Shown here piece by piece: positions 1 to 8,886 of a DNA stretch of 64,000 nt. Position 1 is the first letter of the stretch, and each line of letters begins with the position of its first letter. The position numbers and the translations under genes were made by a program. The notes under the pieces are model-generated. The model was not told where the DNA came from. It searched no databases and saw nothing but the letters and a program-made list of their open reading frames with translations. Location of the stretch: the NCBI GenBank assembly GCA_031414535.1, contig JANNVQ010000037.1, forward strand, positions 1 through 64,000, in the 5' to 3' direction. This DNA comes from Gemmatimonas sp. Lineage in GTDB: Bacteria > Gemmatimonadota > Gemmatimonadetes > Gemmatimonadales > Gemmatimonadaceae.

Positions 1-461
1 CGGAACGCATCGCGCAATCCCTTGACCGTGCCATCGGCGCGCTCGCCCACCGCTTCGAGCGCATCTACCGGCACGACGACCATCGAGGCTCCAGCCTTGG
101 CAGCCAGCAGACCCTGCGCCACCGAGTGCACAAGCGTCGCCGCGACGCGCACGCCGTCGGCGGCAAGCCGGCGTATGGCCGGAAGCGCGTCCTCAACAAA
201 CGGCACGGCCACGATGACGTGCTCATTCAAGCGGCGCAGATCTTTGCCCCCGCGCACAATCTCGTCCGCCTCCAGGGATGCGACGCTCGCAAAGACTGGG
301 CACGTGCTTTCTTGCGCCAGTTCGGCAAGAATCTCGCGCGGGTCCGCTTGCGGCAACTCGCCGGCAATCACGCCCGGCGTCGCGACGATGCCATCGAGCA
401 GGCCGGCGGCTTCGGCCCACTTAATGTCCTTGTGATTGACGGTCGCGAGGTAGAGGCGCAT
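1..461 (-). CDS. Transaldolase/fructose-6-phosphate aldolase family protein (partial, runs off window start; catalytic residues appear substituted)
   Basis: Not in the ORF track. Manual translation from ATG at 461, directly after the truA stop: MRLYLATVNHKDIKWAEAAGLLDGIVATPGVI...LNEHVIVAVPFVEDALPAIRRLAADGVRVAATLVHSVAQGLLAAKAGASMV, which follows the TalC/FSA pattern. Confidence 0.8.
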   Translation of the reverse strand, partial: MRLYLATVNHKDIKWAEAAGLLDGIVATPGVIAGELPQADPREILAELAQESTCPVFASVASLEADEIVRGGKDLRRLNEHVIVAVPFVEDALPAIRRLAADGVRVAATLVHSVAQGLLAAKAGASMVVVPVDALEAVGERADGTVKGLRDAF

Positions 462-1256
462 CTACGCAGTGGCAGGGTCGAGGTAGAGGTCTGACGGGTA
501 ATCCACTTGCTCAAGGCACAGGCCCTGACCTGAAACGGGCGGCGATACCTCGTTGTTCGCCGTGGCCTCGAGCAGCGCCGCGAATTCCTCTCGCGGACGC
601 ACCCCGCTTGCCACAGCCAGCATTGTCCCCACGAGGAATCGCACCATGTGGTGCAGAAATCGATTCGCGGCGACGTCAAACACGAGCAGCCGAGCGTCGT
701 TGCGCGCGACATCGCGCCAACGGGCCAGCCGAACCTCGCACACGTGGTCGTCGGTCTCCGGCGCCGTCCCGCGCACCGCAAAGCCGAAAAACGCGTGTCG
801 TCCCATCAGCCGCTCGGCGCACCAGTCGAGTGCCGCACGGTCAAGGTCCCGATCCCACGGAAGCTCCCAGCGTCGCCTGAAGGGCGAGGCGGCTTCCGCA
901 TCGAGTCCCACCGTGTAGCTGTACCGCCGTCCCGTGGCGCTGAAGCGGGCATGATAGCGGGGCTGCATCTCGTACGCCGCAGCCACCCAGAGGTCACCGT
1001 CGAGCTGTTCGTTGAGCACCTTTCGCATCTTGTCCGCCGTCCAGTGCGCGGGAACCGTGATGCTCGCCGCCTGGCCCCGCGCATGCACCCCGGAGTCCGT
1101 ACGACCTGCTCCCGTCACCCGGATCGGCCCCGCGCACAGCCGCCCCAGCACCCGCTCCAACTCTCCCTGCACGGTGCGCTGGTCAGTTTGCACCTGCCAG
1201 CCGGCAAACGCCGAGCCGTCATAGTGCAGTACCAACTGAAGTGTGCGCTCCGCCAT
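462..1256 (-). CDS. truA: tRNA pseudouridine(38-40) synthase TruA
   Basis: YDGSAFAGWQ, AGRTDSGVHARGQ, HARFSA and FLHHMVR motifs. Confidence 0.97.
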   Translation of the reverse strand: MAERTLQLVLHYDGSAFAGWQVQTDQRTVQGELERVLGRLCAGPIRVTGAGRTDSGVHARGQAASITVPAHWTADKMRKVLNEQLDGDLWVAAAYEMQPRYHARFSATGRRYSYTVGLDAEAASPFRRRWELPWDRDLDRAALDWCAERLMGRHAFFGFAVRGTAPETDDHVCEVRLARWRDVARNDARLLVFDVAANRFLHHMVRFLVGTMLAVASGVRPREEFAALLEATANNEVSPPVSGQGLCLEQVDYPSDLYLDPATA

Positions 1257-1375
1257 CAGAGGAAAACTAACCCGTTTGCGGCTCCTCGTTCAAGGAACGA
1301 ACAGTCATCTTTTGCGGCATCTCGCTCTTGCGATTGACACACCACGGTGCGCCAGTGAACCTTCCGCACTCGACC

Positions 1376-2671
1376 ATGTTAGTCCGCTCGCTTCCCGCTC
1401 TCGCCTACGCTCTCGGCGCCGCGTCGCACGCCGACGATGCGCTGGTGCGACTCACGGACGCACTCGCCGAGTCCGATCGCGATACCGCCCTCGCGTTTCT
1501 TCGCGTGGACCCGCGTACGGGCCTCATCCGCGAGCGAGCCCGCGCGGTGGCTGGCCGGATTGAACGCGAGCCCATGGAGACCTCGGTTGAGCAACTCCCC
1601 GTTGGCGCACTTCGAGTCATCACTGAGGGTGGCAGCTTTGCTGAGGTCTCAGACGACCAGGCCGCCTACGCTCGTCTGCTGAAGCTGCCCGAACCGGAAT
1701 CTGGCGGCTTGTTGCTGCTCCGTGGCATCCGTCACGAACGTCAGCTGATCGGCATCCTCGCTGCGGTGGAGCCGAATCGGGTGTTCGGCACCAAGGTCAC
1801 GGAGCGGCTGGGGCCGCTGGCGGCCCTGTTTGACTTGGCCATCGCACGGTTTGCCGAGCAGGAGACGCGGGCCGAGGCCGTCCGAACGCTCGAGGCCGTC
1901 ACGCAGCGCGTCCACCAAGACTACCTGCTGAGGCTCGCCGAGCTCGAACTGCAGTTGGCCCGGCAGACCAGCGAGTTTGCGGCCGAAAGTTCAACCGTGC
2001 AGGTGGCCCGAGAGCGGGAGGACGCCAAGCGCACGGAAGAGATTCGCCGCACCGCGCGCCAGCTGACGGTGCTTGAGCAGCAGCTCACGGCCAGCATCGG
2101 CCAACTTGAGCAGGCACACATCGAACTGCACCGCCGTTCGGAGTCGTTGCGCCAGCGAACGCGCACGCTCTACCTCTTGGACCGCGTCTTATCGTTGGCC
2201 GCCTCTACTGCCGCGCCCCGCCCGCTGGTTGATGGATTGCTCTCCCTGCTCGGCGACGATATGCAGGCCTTCCGCTGCTCCATTTTTCTTCGCACGCCCG
2301 GGGCAGATACCCTCTACCTCGCCGCCTCCCGCGGCTTGGCGCCGCACGTGCAGCACGGGCATACGATTCGCCTCGGCGAGGGCATTGCCGGAAGGGTCGC
2401 AGAGTCGCGCGAGCCTATGCTTGTGGTGGATGTACAGGAGGCCGCAAGCCACCCACTCTTGAAGGACGAGTATTTGACGAGTGGCTCCTTTATTTCCTTT
2501 CCACTGGTGCGGCACGGGGAGCTCATTGGCGTCGTGAATCTCACGAATCGTGCGCAGCGTGGGCTCTTTGTTGAGGAAGATGTGGAACGGGTACGACTGC
2601 TGGGCCTCGTCATTTCGCTGGTGGCCACCGATGCTCAATTGTCAGAGCGCCTGGTGCAGAGCGACGAATGA
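1376..2671 (+). CDS. GAF domain protein (GAF-like domain, coiled coil, GAF domain; no output domain)
   Basis: C-terminal GAF (GEGIAGRVAESREP...SFISFPLVRHGELIGVVNL) and central heptad-rich helix. Start is ATG 1376 or GTG 1355. Stop overlaps the trpD ATG (ATGA). Confidence 0.85.
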   Translation: MLVRSLPALAYALGAASHADDALVRLTDALAESDRDTALAFLRVDPRTGLIRERARAVAGRIEREPMETSVEQLPVGALRVITEGGSFAEVSDDQAAYARLLKLPEPESGGLLLLRGIRHERQLIGILAAVEPNRVFGTKVTERLGPLAALFDLAIARFAEQETRAEAVRTLEAVTQRVHQDYLLRLAELELQLARQTSEFAAESSTVQVAREREDAKRTEEIRRTARQLTVLEQQLTASIGQLEQAHIELHRRSESLRQRTRTLYLLDRVLSLAASTAAPRPLVDGLLSLLGDDMQAFRCSIFLRTPGADTLYLAASRGLAPHVQHGHTIRLGEGIAGRVAESREPMLVVDVQEAASHPLLKDEYLTSGSFISFPLVRHGELIGVVNLTNRAQRGLFVEEDVERVRLLGLVISLVATDAQLSERLVQSDE

Positions 2672-3702
2672 CGGGTGTGAACCTACCGCACTTTCTCAAG
2701 CGCATCGTTGCCGGCGAAACTTTGAGCGCTACTGAGGCGGCCGAGGCATTTGGCATCGTGATGCGCGGCGAAGGGTCGGCAGCACAGATGGCGGCATTGT
2801 TGATGGGGTTGCGTGTCCGCGGCGAGCGATCCAGCGAGGTGGCGGGCGCCGCTCGGGCGCTCCGTGAGGCCATGACGCGCTTGGAGACCGAGCATCCCGA
2901 CCAACTGGTGGACACCTGCGGCACAGGCGGGGGAAGCGTCACGACGTTCAATATTTCTACGGCGGCCGCCATTCTCGCAGCGGGTGCTGGAGTGCGCGTC
3001 GCCAAGCACGGCAACCGATCGTTCACGTCCAAGTCTGGCTCGGCGGATGTACTTGAGGCGCTGGGGGTTCCCATTGACCTGCCGGTGTCGCGCATGAAGG
3101 AGGTGCTCGACGAAGCTGGCATCGTGTTCATGTTCGCGCCCACGATGCACCCCGCGATGCGCCATGTCGGCCCCGTGCGCCGTGAGCTGGGAATCCAGAC
3201 TGTGATGAATCTGATTGGGCCCCTGGCCAACCCGGCGAAGGCTGGCCGTCAGGTAATCGGTGTGGCTGATCCGGCGCGATTGGAACTCATCGCCGGCGCG
3301 CTGCTGGAACTGGGAACTGTCCACTCGCTCGTTGTACACGGCGCACCGGGAATGGATGAAATCTCTCCGCTGGGTTCAACGACTATTCTAGAAATACAGA
3401 ACGGAACGATTGCGCGCTTCACTTTTGAGCTCGAGGAAGTTGGGCTTGCGCCAGCTAAGCCTGCGGACCTCATGGGTGGCGAGCCGTCGGAGAACGCGCA
3501 GTTGGTAGAGCGCGTGTTGATTGGGAAGGGCAGCGCGGGTGCGGAAGCTGCCGTCGTCCTCAACGCTGGAGCGGCACTCTACGTGGCGGGAAAGGCCAAG
3601 GGCCTCGCAGCCGGGGTGACCCTGGCTCGCGAAGCCCTCAAGAGTGGAGCCGGCTGGGATGCGCTCGGACGCCTACGCACCGCAACCGCTTCTCGCCGCT
3701 AG
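2668..3702 (+). CDS. trpD: Anthranilate phosphoribosyltransferase
   Basis: DTCGTGG, FNIST, KHGNRS, GSADVLEALG, GPLANP motifs. Confidence 0.97.
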   Translation: MTGVNLPHFLKRIVAGETLSATEAAEAFGIVMRGEGSAAQMAALLMGLRVRGERSSEVAGAARALREAMTRLETEHPDQLVDTCGTGGGSVTTFNISTAAAILAAGAGVRVAKHGNRSFTSKSGSADVLEALGVPIDLPVSRMKEVLDEAGIVFMFAPTMHPAMRHVGPVRRELGIQTVMNLIGPLANPAKAGRQVIGVADPARLELIAGALLELGTVHSLVVHGAPGMDEISPLGSTTILEIQNGTIARFTFELEEVGLAPAKPADLMGGEPSENAQLVERVLIGKGSAGAEAAVVLNAGAALYVAGKAKGLAAGVTLAREALKSGAGWDALGRLRTATASRR

Positions 3703-3720
3703 CACCACGCCACTACGATT

Positions 3721-4329
3721 TTAGTAGCGCCGCATCACGCCGACGACGATTCCCCTGACCTGTACGTCCTCCTGGCGGACGTAGATGGGCTCCATCGAGG
3801 CGTTGGCTGGTTGCAACCGCACCCGTCCGTCTTTCTCACGGTAAAAGCGCTTCACCGTGGCGCCCGCGTCCTCGAGCATCGCGATCACCATCTCGCCGTT
3901 GTCGGCCGTAGGTCGGTCGTGCACGACCACGTAGTCGCCGTCGCTGATCTGATCTTCGATCATCGAGTTGCCGCGCACGCGAAGTACGTAGTGGTCGCCC
4001 GTGCGTCGCACGAAGGCGTCGGGCACCGCGATGGTCTCGCTCGATTCGAAAGCTTCGAGGGGCAGACCGGCTGCTACCGTGCCGCGAATGGGCAGCTCAA
4101 TGGCCCTCGGGAAGACCTCGCTCGGTAGAATCTCGATGGCTCGCGACTCATTGAACGATTTCCGGATGTATCCCTTACGATCCAAGTTGGACAAGTGCTC
4201 ATGCACCGTGGCCAGCGAGTTATAGTTGAAGGCATCAGCAATCTCCTCAAAGCTTGGCGCGTAGCCATGCTCGGATGAGTAGCTCTGCAGATAGTCGAGA
4301 ATCCGACGCTGGACCTTGGTGAGCGGCAT
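3721..4329 (-). CDS. lexA: SOS transcriptional repressor LexA
   Basis: From ATG 4329: MPLTKVQRRILDYL...GYAPSFEEIA (wHTH), VAAGLP cleavage site, GNSM Ser, TVKR Lys. The ORF-track N-terminal extension to 4560 is spurious. Confidence 0.97.
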   Translation of the reverse strand: MPLTKVQRRILDYLQSYSSEHGYAPSFEEIADAFNYNSLATVHEHLSNLDRKGYIRKSFNESRAIEILPSEVFPRAIELPIRGTVAAGLPLEAFESSETIAVPDAFVRRTGDHYVLRVRGNSMIEDQISDGDYVVVHDRPTADNGEMVIAMLEDAGATVKRFYREKDGRVRLQPANASMEPIYVRQEDVQVRGIVVGVMRRY

Positions 4330-4393
4330 CGCAATCGCCCCTTCGAGGGTGGATGGGAAGTCGTGGGCTGGGGGCCCAACGCGGGATAGACTC

Positions 4394-4436
4394 CCGAACA
4401 CTACCCGAAGTAACGGTATCCGAACATTGCCCGAAG
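4394..4436. promoter_or_regulatory. Two tandem candidate LexA operators (CCGAACA-N3-CCCGAAG, i.e. GAAC-N7-GAAG)
   Basis: CCGAACACTACCCGAAG (4394-4410) and CCGAACATTGCCCGAAG (4420-4436), 15/17 identical, upstream of lexA. Confidence 0.75.
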
Positions 4437-4441
4437 CACAA
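4413..4441 (-). promoter_or_regulatory. Putative sigma70 promoter of lexA
   Basis: Minus strand TTGTGC (4441-4436), 17-bp spacer, TACCGT (4418-4413); overlaps the candidate operators. Confidence 0.55.
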
Positions 4442-5257
4442 GCCACCAAACAATGGTTCCCGCCCAAGGGTCCCCTTGGTGAACTCACGGAGCGCTCACG
4501 TCTTCGGGCACGCGAGAGCGAGTTGGCGCGTGGAGAACTCGCAGCCGCAGCGAGCGGCACTTCGGGTAGCCCGGACTTTGCGGCAGCCCTGCGCCTCCCT
4601 CACGTTGCCGTGATCGCTGAACTCAAGCGAAGCTCGCCGAGCAAGGGTGACATCGCCCCTTCATTGAATACGGCAGATCGGACACGAGCCTACGTGGCCG
4701 GGGGCGCGGCAGCACTCTCCATCCTCACCGAGGCATCTCGCTTCGGCGGGAGTCTCGCGGACTTGAGAGCCGCGAGCGCGGCGGTCGAAGTGCCGCTGCT
4801 TCGAAAGGACTTCATCACCTCCGAGATTCAGATTCTCGAGGCAAAGGTGTACGGCGCCGCGGCCGTTTTACTCATTGCCCGGGCATTGCCGCCCTCGGAG
4901 TTGGCCGATCTCGCCACGGCCGCGCGCGCGCTTGGCCTGACCCCGCTGATCGAGATTCGCGACGAGCAAGAACTTGCGACGGCGATTGCCGTTCCAGGCG
5001 CAGTGATTGGAGTGAATAACCGAGACCTCGAAACGCTGATCATTGAGCCGGAGGTGGGCGCTCGGATGATTCCCCTCGTGCCCGCCGATCGCATCGCCGT
5101 GTACGAGAGTGGCATCAGCGACCGCGCGGGTGTGGAGTTCGCGGCCACGCTGGGCGCAGACGCGGTGCTGGTGGGTTCGTCTCTCTCAGCGTCGCCCGAT
5201 GGCGCAGAAGCCGTCCGAACGCTTGCCGCTGTGCCGCGCCTTGGTCGTCGTGGCTGA
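4427..5257 (+). CDS. trpC: Indole-3-glycerol phosphate synthase
   Basis: IAELKRSSPSKG, SILTE, LLRKDF, GVNNRDL, ESGI motifs. Start uncertain; TTG 4427 chosen because the longer ORF would overlap lexA. Confidence 0.95.
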   Translation: MPEAQATKQWFPPKGPLGELTERSRLRARESELARGELAAAASGTSGSPDFAAALRLPHVAVIAELKRSSPSKGDIAPSLNTADRTRAYVAGGAAALSILTEASRFGGSLADLRAASAAVEVPLLRKDFITSEIQILEAKVYGAAAVLLIARALPPSELADLATAARALGLTPLIEIRDEQELATAIAVPGAVIGVNNRDLETLIIEPEVGARMIPLVPADRIAVYESGISDRAGVEFAATLGADAVLVGSSLSASPDGAEAVRTLAAVPRLGRRG

Positions 5258-5909
5258 CTTCAAGTTCTGTGGTTTGACGCGCCCAGAAGATGCGGCGCGA
5301 GCGGTGGCGCTAGGCGCGGCGTATACCGGTGTGATTTTTGCCGGCGGCCCCCGGCTGCTTACCGCTTCGCGCGCGCGTGAAGTGCTCGCCGGGGTGAACG
5401 GAACGGGCACACAGCGCGTTGGTGTGTTCGGCAATCAAACGGACGACGAAATCATCGAGATCTCCTCTCGTGTGGAGCTGGATGTCCTCCAATTGTCCTA
5501 TGGCGGAGACCGGGCGCGGCGAATAGGATTGCGCAGTAGATTTCGGGGAGAGCTCTGGGCCGTTTTGCATCTATTGCCTGGAGCTGCGCGCAGTGATGAG
5601 GATGCCGTAACCTGGTTCGACGATGGCGTTGACGCGGTGGTGCTCGATGCCGCCGTGCCAGGGCAGCTCGGCGGGACCGGCGTGGCGCTCGACTGGTCCG
5701 CGTTGGCGCCCGAAATTCGTCGGCTTCAGCAGCGGGGCAGAGTGGTGCTAGCAGGAGGGCTCCGGCCCAGCAACGTCGTGCAAGCAGCCGCGCTGACCGG
5801 AGCTGACGTGGTGGATGTATCCTCGGGAGTGGAGTCGGCGCCCGGGATCAAAGACCCAGAACTCATGCGCGCATTTGCCCTTGCTGCGCGCTCACATGAG
5901 GTACCATGA
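5250..5909 (+). CDS. trpF: Phosphoribosylanthranilate isomerase
   Basis: From GTG 5250: FKFCGLT, GGTG..LDW, LAGGL, DVSSGVE..PGIKD. Confidence 0.95.
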   Translation: MADFKFCGLTRPEDAARAVALGAAYTGVIFAGGPRLLTASRAREVLAGVNGTGTQRVGVFGNQTDDEIIEISSRVELDVLQLSYGGDRARRIGLRSRFRGELWAVLHLLPGAARSDEDAVTWFDDGVDAVVLDAAVPGQLGGTGVALDWSALAPEIRRLQQRGRVVLAGGLRPSNVVQAAALTGADVVDVSSGVESAPGIKDPELMRAFALAARSHEVP

Positions 5910-7102
5910 CGCAGGTTGTAACGGATCGCTTTGGAGCTTTTGGTGGTCGATATGTACCGGAGACGCTCATTCCGGCGCTCGACCAACTGGAGATTGCGCT
6001 CGCCGAGGCATTGGCGGACCCGGCTTTCGAGAAGGAGTTAATGTATCTCCTCGAGACCTACGTCGGCCGGCCCTCGCCACTCACGGACGCGCCCACCTTT
6101 AGCGCGCGCATCGGCGTGCCAGTGTGGCTCAAGCGCGAGGACCTCAACCACACGGGCGCGCACAAGATCAACAACGCGCTGGCTCAGGCGCTGCTTGCCA
6201 AGCGGATGGGGAAGCGCCGGATTATTGCCGAGACCGGTGCAGGGCAGCACGGCGTTGCCACGGCAACGGTCTGTGCGCGTCTTGGGCTCACGTGCGTGGT
6301 GTACATGGGCGAAGAGGACATGCGGCGTCAGCAGCTGAATGTCTTCCGTATGCGCTTGATGGGCGCGACGGTGGTGCCGGTCACGGCGGGCACCCGCACC
6401 TTGAAAGACGCCACGAGCGAGGCCATCCGCGACTGGGTGGGCACCTGCGAGGACTCGCATTACATCATTGGTTCCGTCGTTGGTCCTGCCCCGTACCCGC
6501 GCATGGTGCGTGACTTTCAGGCCATCATCGGGCGTGAGGCGCGAGCGCAGATGCTTCAGCGCGCCGGTCGCCTCCCGAGCCATGTGGTTGCTTGCGTGGG
6601 CGGTGGCAGCAATGCGATGGGAATCTTTCACGCCTTCGTGAGCGACCCATCCGTCAAGCTGATTGGAGTCGAAGCGGCCGGTGAAGGACTCGACACTGGG
6701 CGTCATTCGGCATCGTTGACGAAGGGCGTGCCCGGCGTGTTGCACGGCACGCTCAGCTACCTATTGCAGGATGACGAAGGACAGGTGCATCCGGCCCACT
6801 CCATTTCGGCGGGCCTCGACTATCCCGGCGTCGGACCGGAGCACTCGTACCTGCGTGATTCGGGCCGCGCCCAGTACGTGTCGGTCACGGATGGTGCGGC
6901 GCTCTGCGGCTTCGAGTTGCTGAGTCGCCTGGAAGGCATCATCCCCGCGCTCGAAACCTCGCATGCTATTGCATGGCTGGCGGAGCGTGCGGGGAGCTTC
7001 GCCGCGGATGATGCCATCCTGCTCTGCGTCAGCGGGCGCGGCGACAAGGACGTGAACCAGGTCGCCTCGCTTCTCGAGGGCAAGGGCCAGGCCCACGCGT
7101 GA
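5906..7102 (+). CDS. trpB: Tryptophan synthase beta chain
   Basis: [46 protein letters not shown]. Confidence 0.98.
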   Translation: MTQVVTDRFGAFGGRYVPETLIPALDQLEIALAEALADPAFEKELMYLLETYVGRPSPLTDAPTFSARIGVPVWLKREDLNHTGAHKINNALAQALLAKRMGKRRIIAETGAGQHGVATATVCARLGLTCVVYMGEEDMRRQQLNVFRMRLMGATVVPVTAGTRTLKDATSEAIRDWVGTCEDSHYIIGSVVGPAPYPRMVRDFQAIIGREARAQMLQRAGRLPSHVVACVGGGSNAMGIFHAFVSDPSVKLIGVEAAGEGLDTGRHSASLTKGVPGVLHGTLSYLLQDDEGQVHPAHSISAGLDYPGVGPEHSYLRDSGRAQYVSVTDGAALCGFELLSRLEGIIPALETSHAIAWLAERAGSFAADDAILLCVSGRGDKDVNQVASLLEGKGQAHA

Positions 7103-8886
7103 CGAACGCCTCCGAAACGGAAGCGGTCGAAGCACCCCCGTGTCCACCCACGGTCGTCGAGGACATGCTCAAAGTCTTCGACAAAGCCATCAAGGCGCAT
7201 CAGCTCTACCTGCCGAACAACGCGCAGCACCAGAAGGCGATGGCGGCGGCAAAGGCCGCGATCGCGCCACTCTGGGATTCCATGGGCAGTCTCGTCCTCC
7301 AAGTCACGGACGTGGAACTCAAGTGGTATGGAACGACCGTCAATTCGCACCCCGAAAAGGGCGGCGATTCCATGCCGTGGTTGTTGTTCAAGGATGGCTT
7401 GCGCGAGCTCGTGTGGTTCCCGGGGTTCGAAGACGAAGAGATGGAGAAGTTCCTCGCCATCATTCCCCGCGTGCGTCACGCGCAGCCGCACGAAGACGAC
7501 CTGCTCACGATTTTGTGGGAGCAGGACTTTCAGTGCTTGAAGTACCGGTATGTCGAAATCAACGACCCGGCCGCTCCGCTCAACCCCGACGCCAGTCCTG
7601 GTCGGTGGCCGGCCCCGGCTGGCGGAGCCTTTGAGCCACCGACGCAGGCCATCGAGGAAGCGAAGAACGAGCAGGCCGAGGAGACCGAGGAGGAGCAGGG
7701 CGAGCAGGGAAAGGCCGGAGACGGCCCGAAGCCGCCGCGCGCACCCGGCATCGTCTCGATGGACGATTTCGATTCCACGCTGTATTTCCTCGACCCCAAC
7801 GAGATCGAGTACCTGCGCCAGGAGACCGAGCGCGAGTACGCGCTGGACCTGCGCAAGCTGGTGCTGCAGGCCCTACTCGACATCTTTGAGCTCCAGGTTG
7901 ATCCCCTGGTGCGTGAAGAAGTTGCGGGTGACTTGGAAGCACTCGTAATCCACATGTTGGCGGCGGGCCAGTTCAGCAGCGTGGCGTATCTCCTGAAGGA
8001 GATCGAAGGCACGATGCAGCGTGCGCGCGAAGTGCGCCCGCAAGAGAAGGAGCGGCTGGGCCGACTCGCCGACCGGCTCTCGCATCCGGATGCGTTGGGG
8101 CAGATGCTGCAGGCACTCGAGGAATCCACGAAGCTGCCGTCGCGAGACGATCTGTCGCAGTTGTTTGCACAGCTCAAGCCAAGCGCGCTCGGGACCTTAC
8201 TCGATTATATCGATCGCAGCCAGAACACGCAGTTGCGGCCCTTGCTCGAGGTCAGCGCGGAGCGACTCGCACAGTCGAACACGGGTGAACTCGTCCGACT
8301 CGTGAAGGATGCCAAAACCTCGGTGGCGCGTGAGGCGATTCGTCGTGCTGGCGCGATGCGTACGGCCTCCGCGGTTCCCTCGCTCGGCGAAGTGCTGGCC
8401 AGTGGTATTGAGCGGCCTATTCGTGCCGCCTGCGTCACTGCGCTCATGGACATTGGGACGCCTGGCGCGCTCTCCGCCCTTGAAGCGGCTCTCAACGATA
8501 GTGAGCGAGAGATTCGACTCACGGTCTTGCGCGCGCTCATGGCCCGTAACCATCGACCGGCGCTCCAGAAGGTGCAGGCCATCCTCACCGGCGGCTCCAC
8601 CAAGGACATGGATCGCACCGAACGCATTGCGCTGTTCGAGTACTACGGCAGCATCTCAGGAGACGCCGGTGTCGCTGTGCTCGATCCCATTCTGACGGCG
8701 AAGAGCGGCATCTTCGCCAAGAAGGAAGATCCCGAGCTTCGCGCCTGCGCCGCCGTCGCGCTCGGCCGCATCAACAGCGACGCCTCGCGGGCCTGCCTCC
8801 AGAAGTCCGCGAGCGACAAGGACGTTGTGGTGCGCAACGCCGTGTCGCGCGCGCTGAAGGGCCCAACAGCGGGGACCGCACCGTGA
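7099..8886 (+). CDS. HEAT-repeat domain protein with uncharacterised N-terminal domain
   Basis: C-terminal HEAT/PBS-like repeats ([44 protein letters not shown]). GTGA overlaps with trpB and the next gene. Confidence 0.85.
   Translation: MTNASETEAVEAPPCPPTVVEDMLKVFDKAIKAHQLYLPNNAQHQKAMAAAKAAIAPLWDSMGSLVLQVTDVELKWYGTTVNSHPEKGGDSMPWLLFKDGLRELVWFPGFEDEEMEKFLAIIPRVRHAQPHEDDLLTILWEQDFQCLKYRYVEINDPAAPLNPDASPGRWPAPAGGAFEPPTQAIEEAKNEQAEETEEEQGEQGKAGDGPKPPRAPGIVSMDDFDSTLYFLDPNEIEYLRQETEREYALDLRKLVLQALLDIFELQVDPLVREEVAGDLEALVIHMLAAGQFSSVAYLLKEIEGTMQRAREVRPQEKERLGRLADRLSHPDALGQMLQALEESTKLPSRDDLSQLFAQLKPSALGTLLDYIDRSQNTQLRPLLEVSAERLAQSNTGELVRLVKDAKTSVAREAIRRAGAMRTASAVPSLGEVLASGIERPIRAACVTALMDIGTPGALSALEAALNDSEREIRLTVLRALMARNHRPALQKVQAILTGGSTKDMDRTERIALFEYYGSISGDAGVAVLDPILTAKSGIFAKKEDPELRACAAVALGRINSDASRACLQKSASDKDVVVRNAVSRALKGPTAGTAP

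Noticed and set aside
1257..1375. trp attenuator or leader peptide
   Set aside because: No short Trp-codon-rich ORF or terminator/antiterminator seen upstream of GAF-trpD or trpC.
4330..4560. N-terminal extensions of lexA (to 4560) and trpC (from 4316) in the ORF track
   Set aside because: They would overlap each other and the promoter/operator region; family homology begins at 4329 for lexA and about 4427 for trpC.
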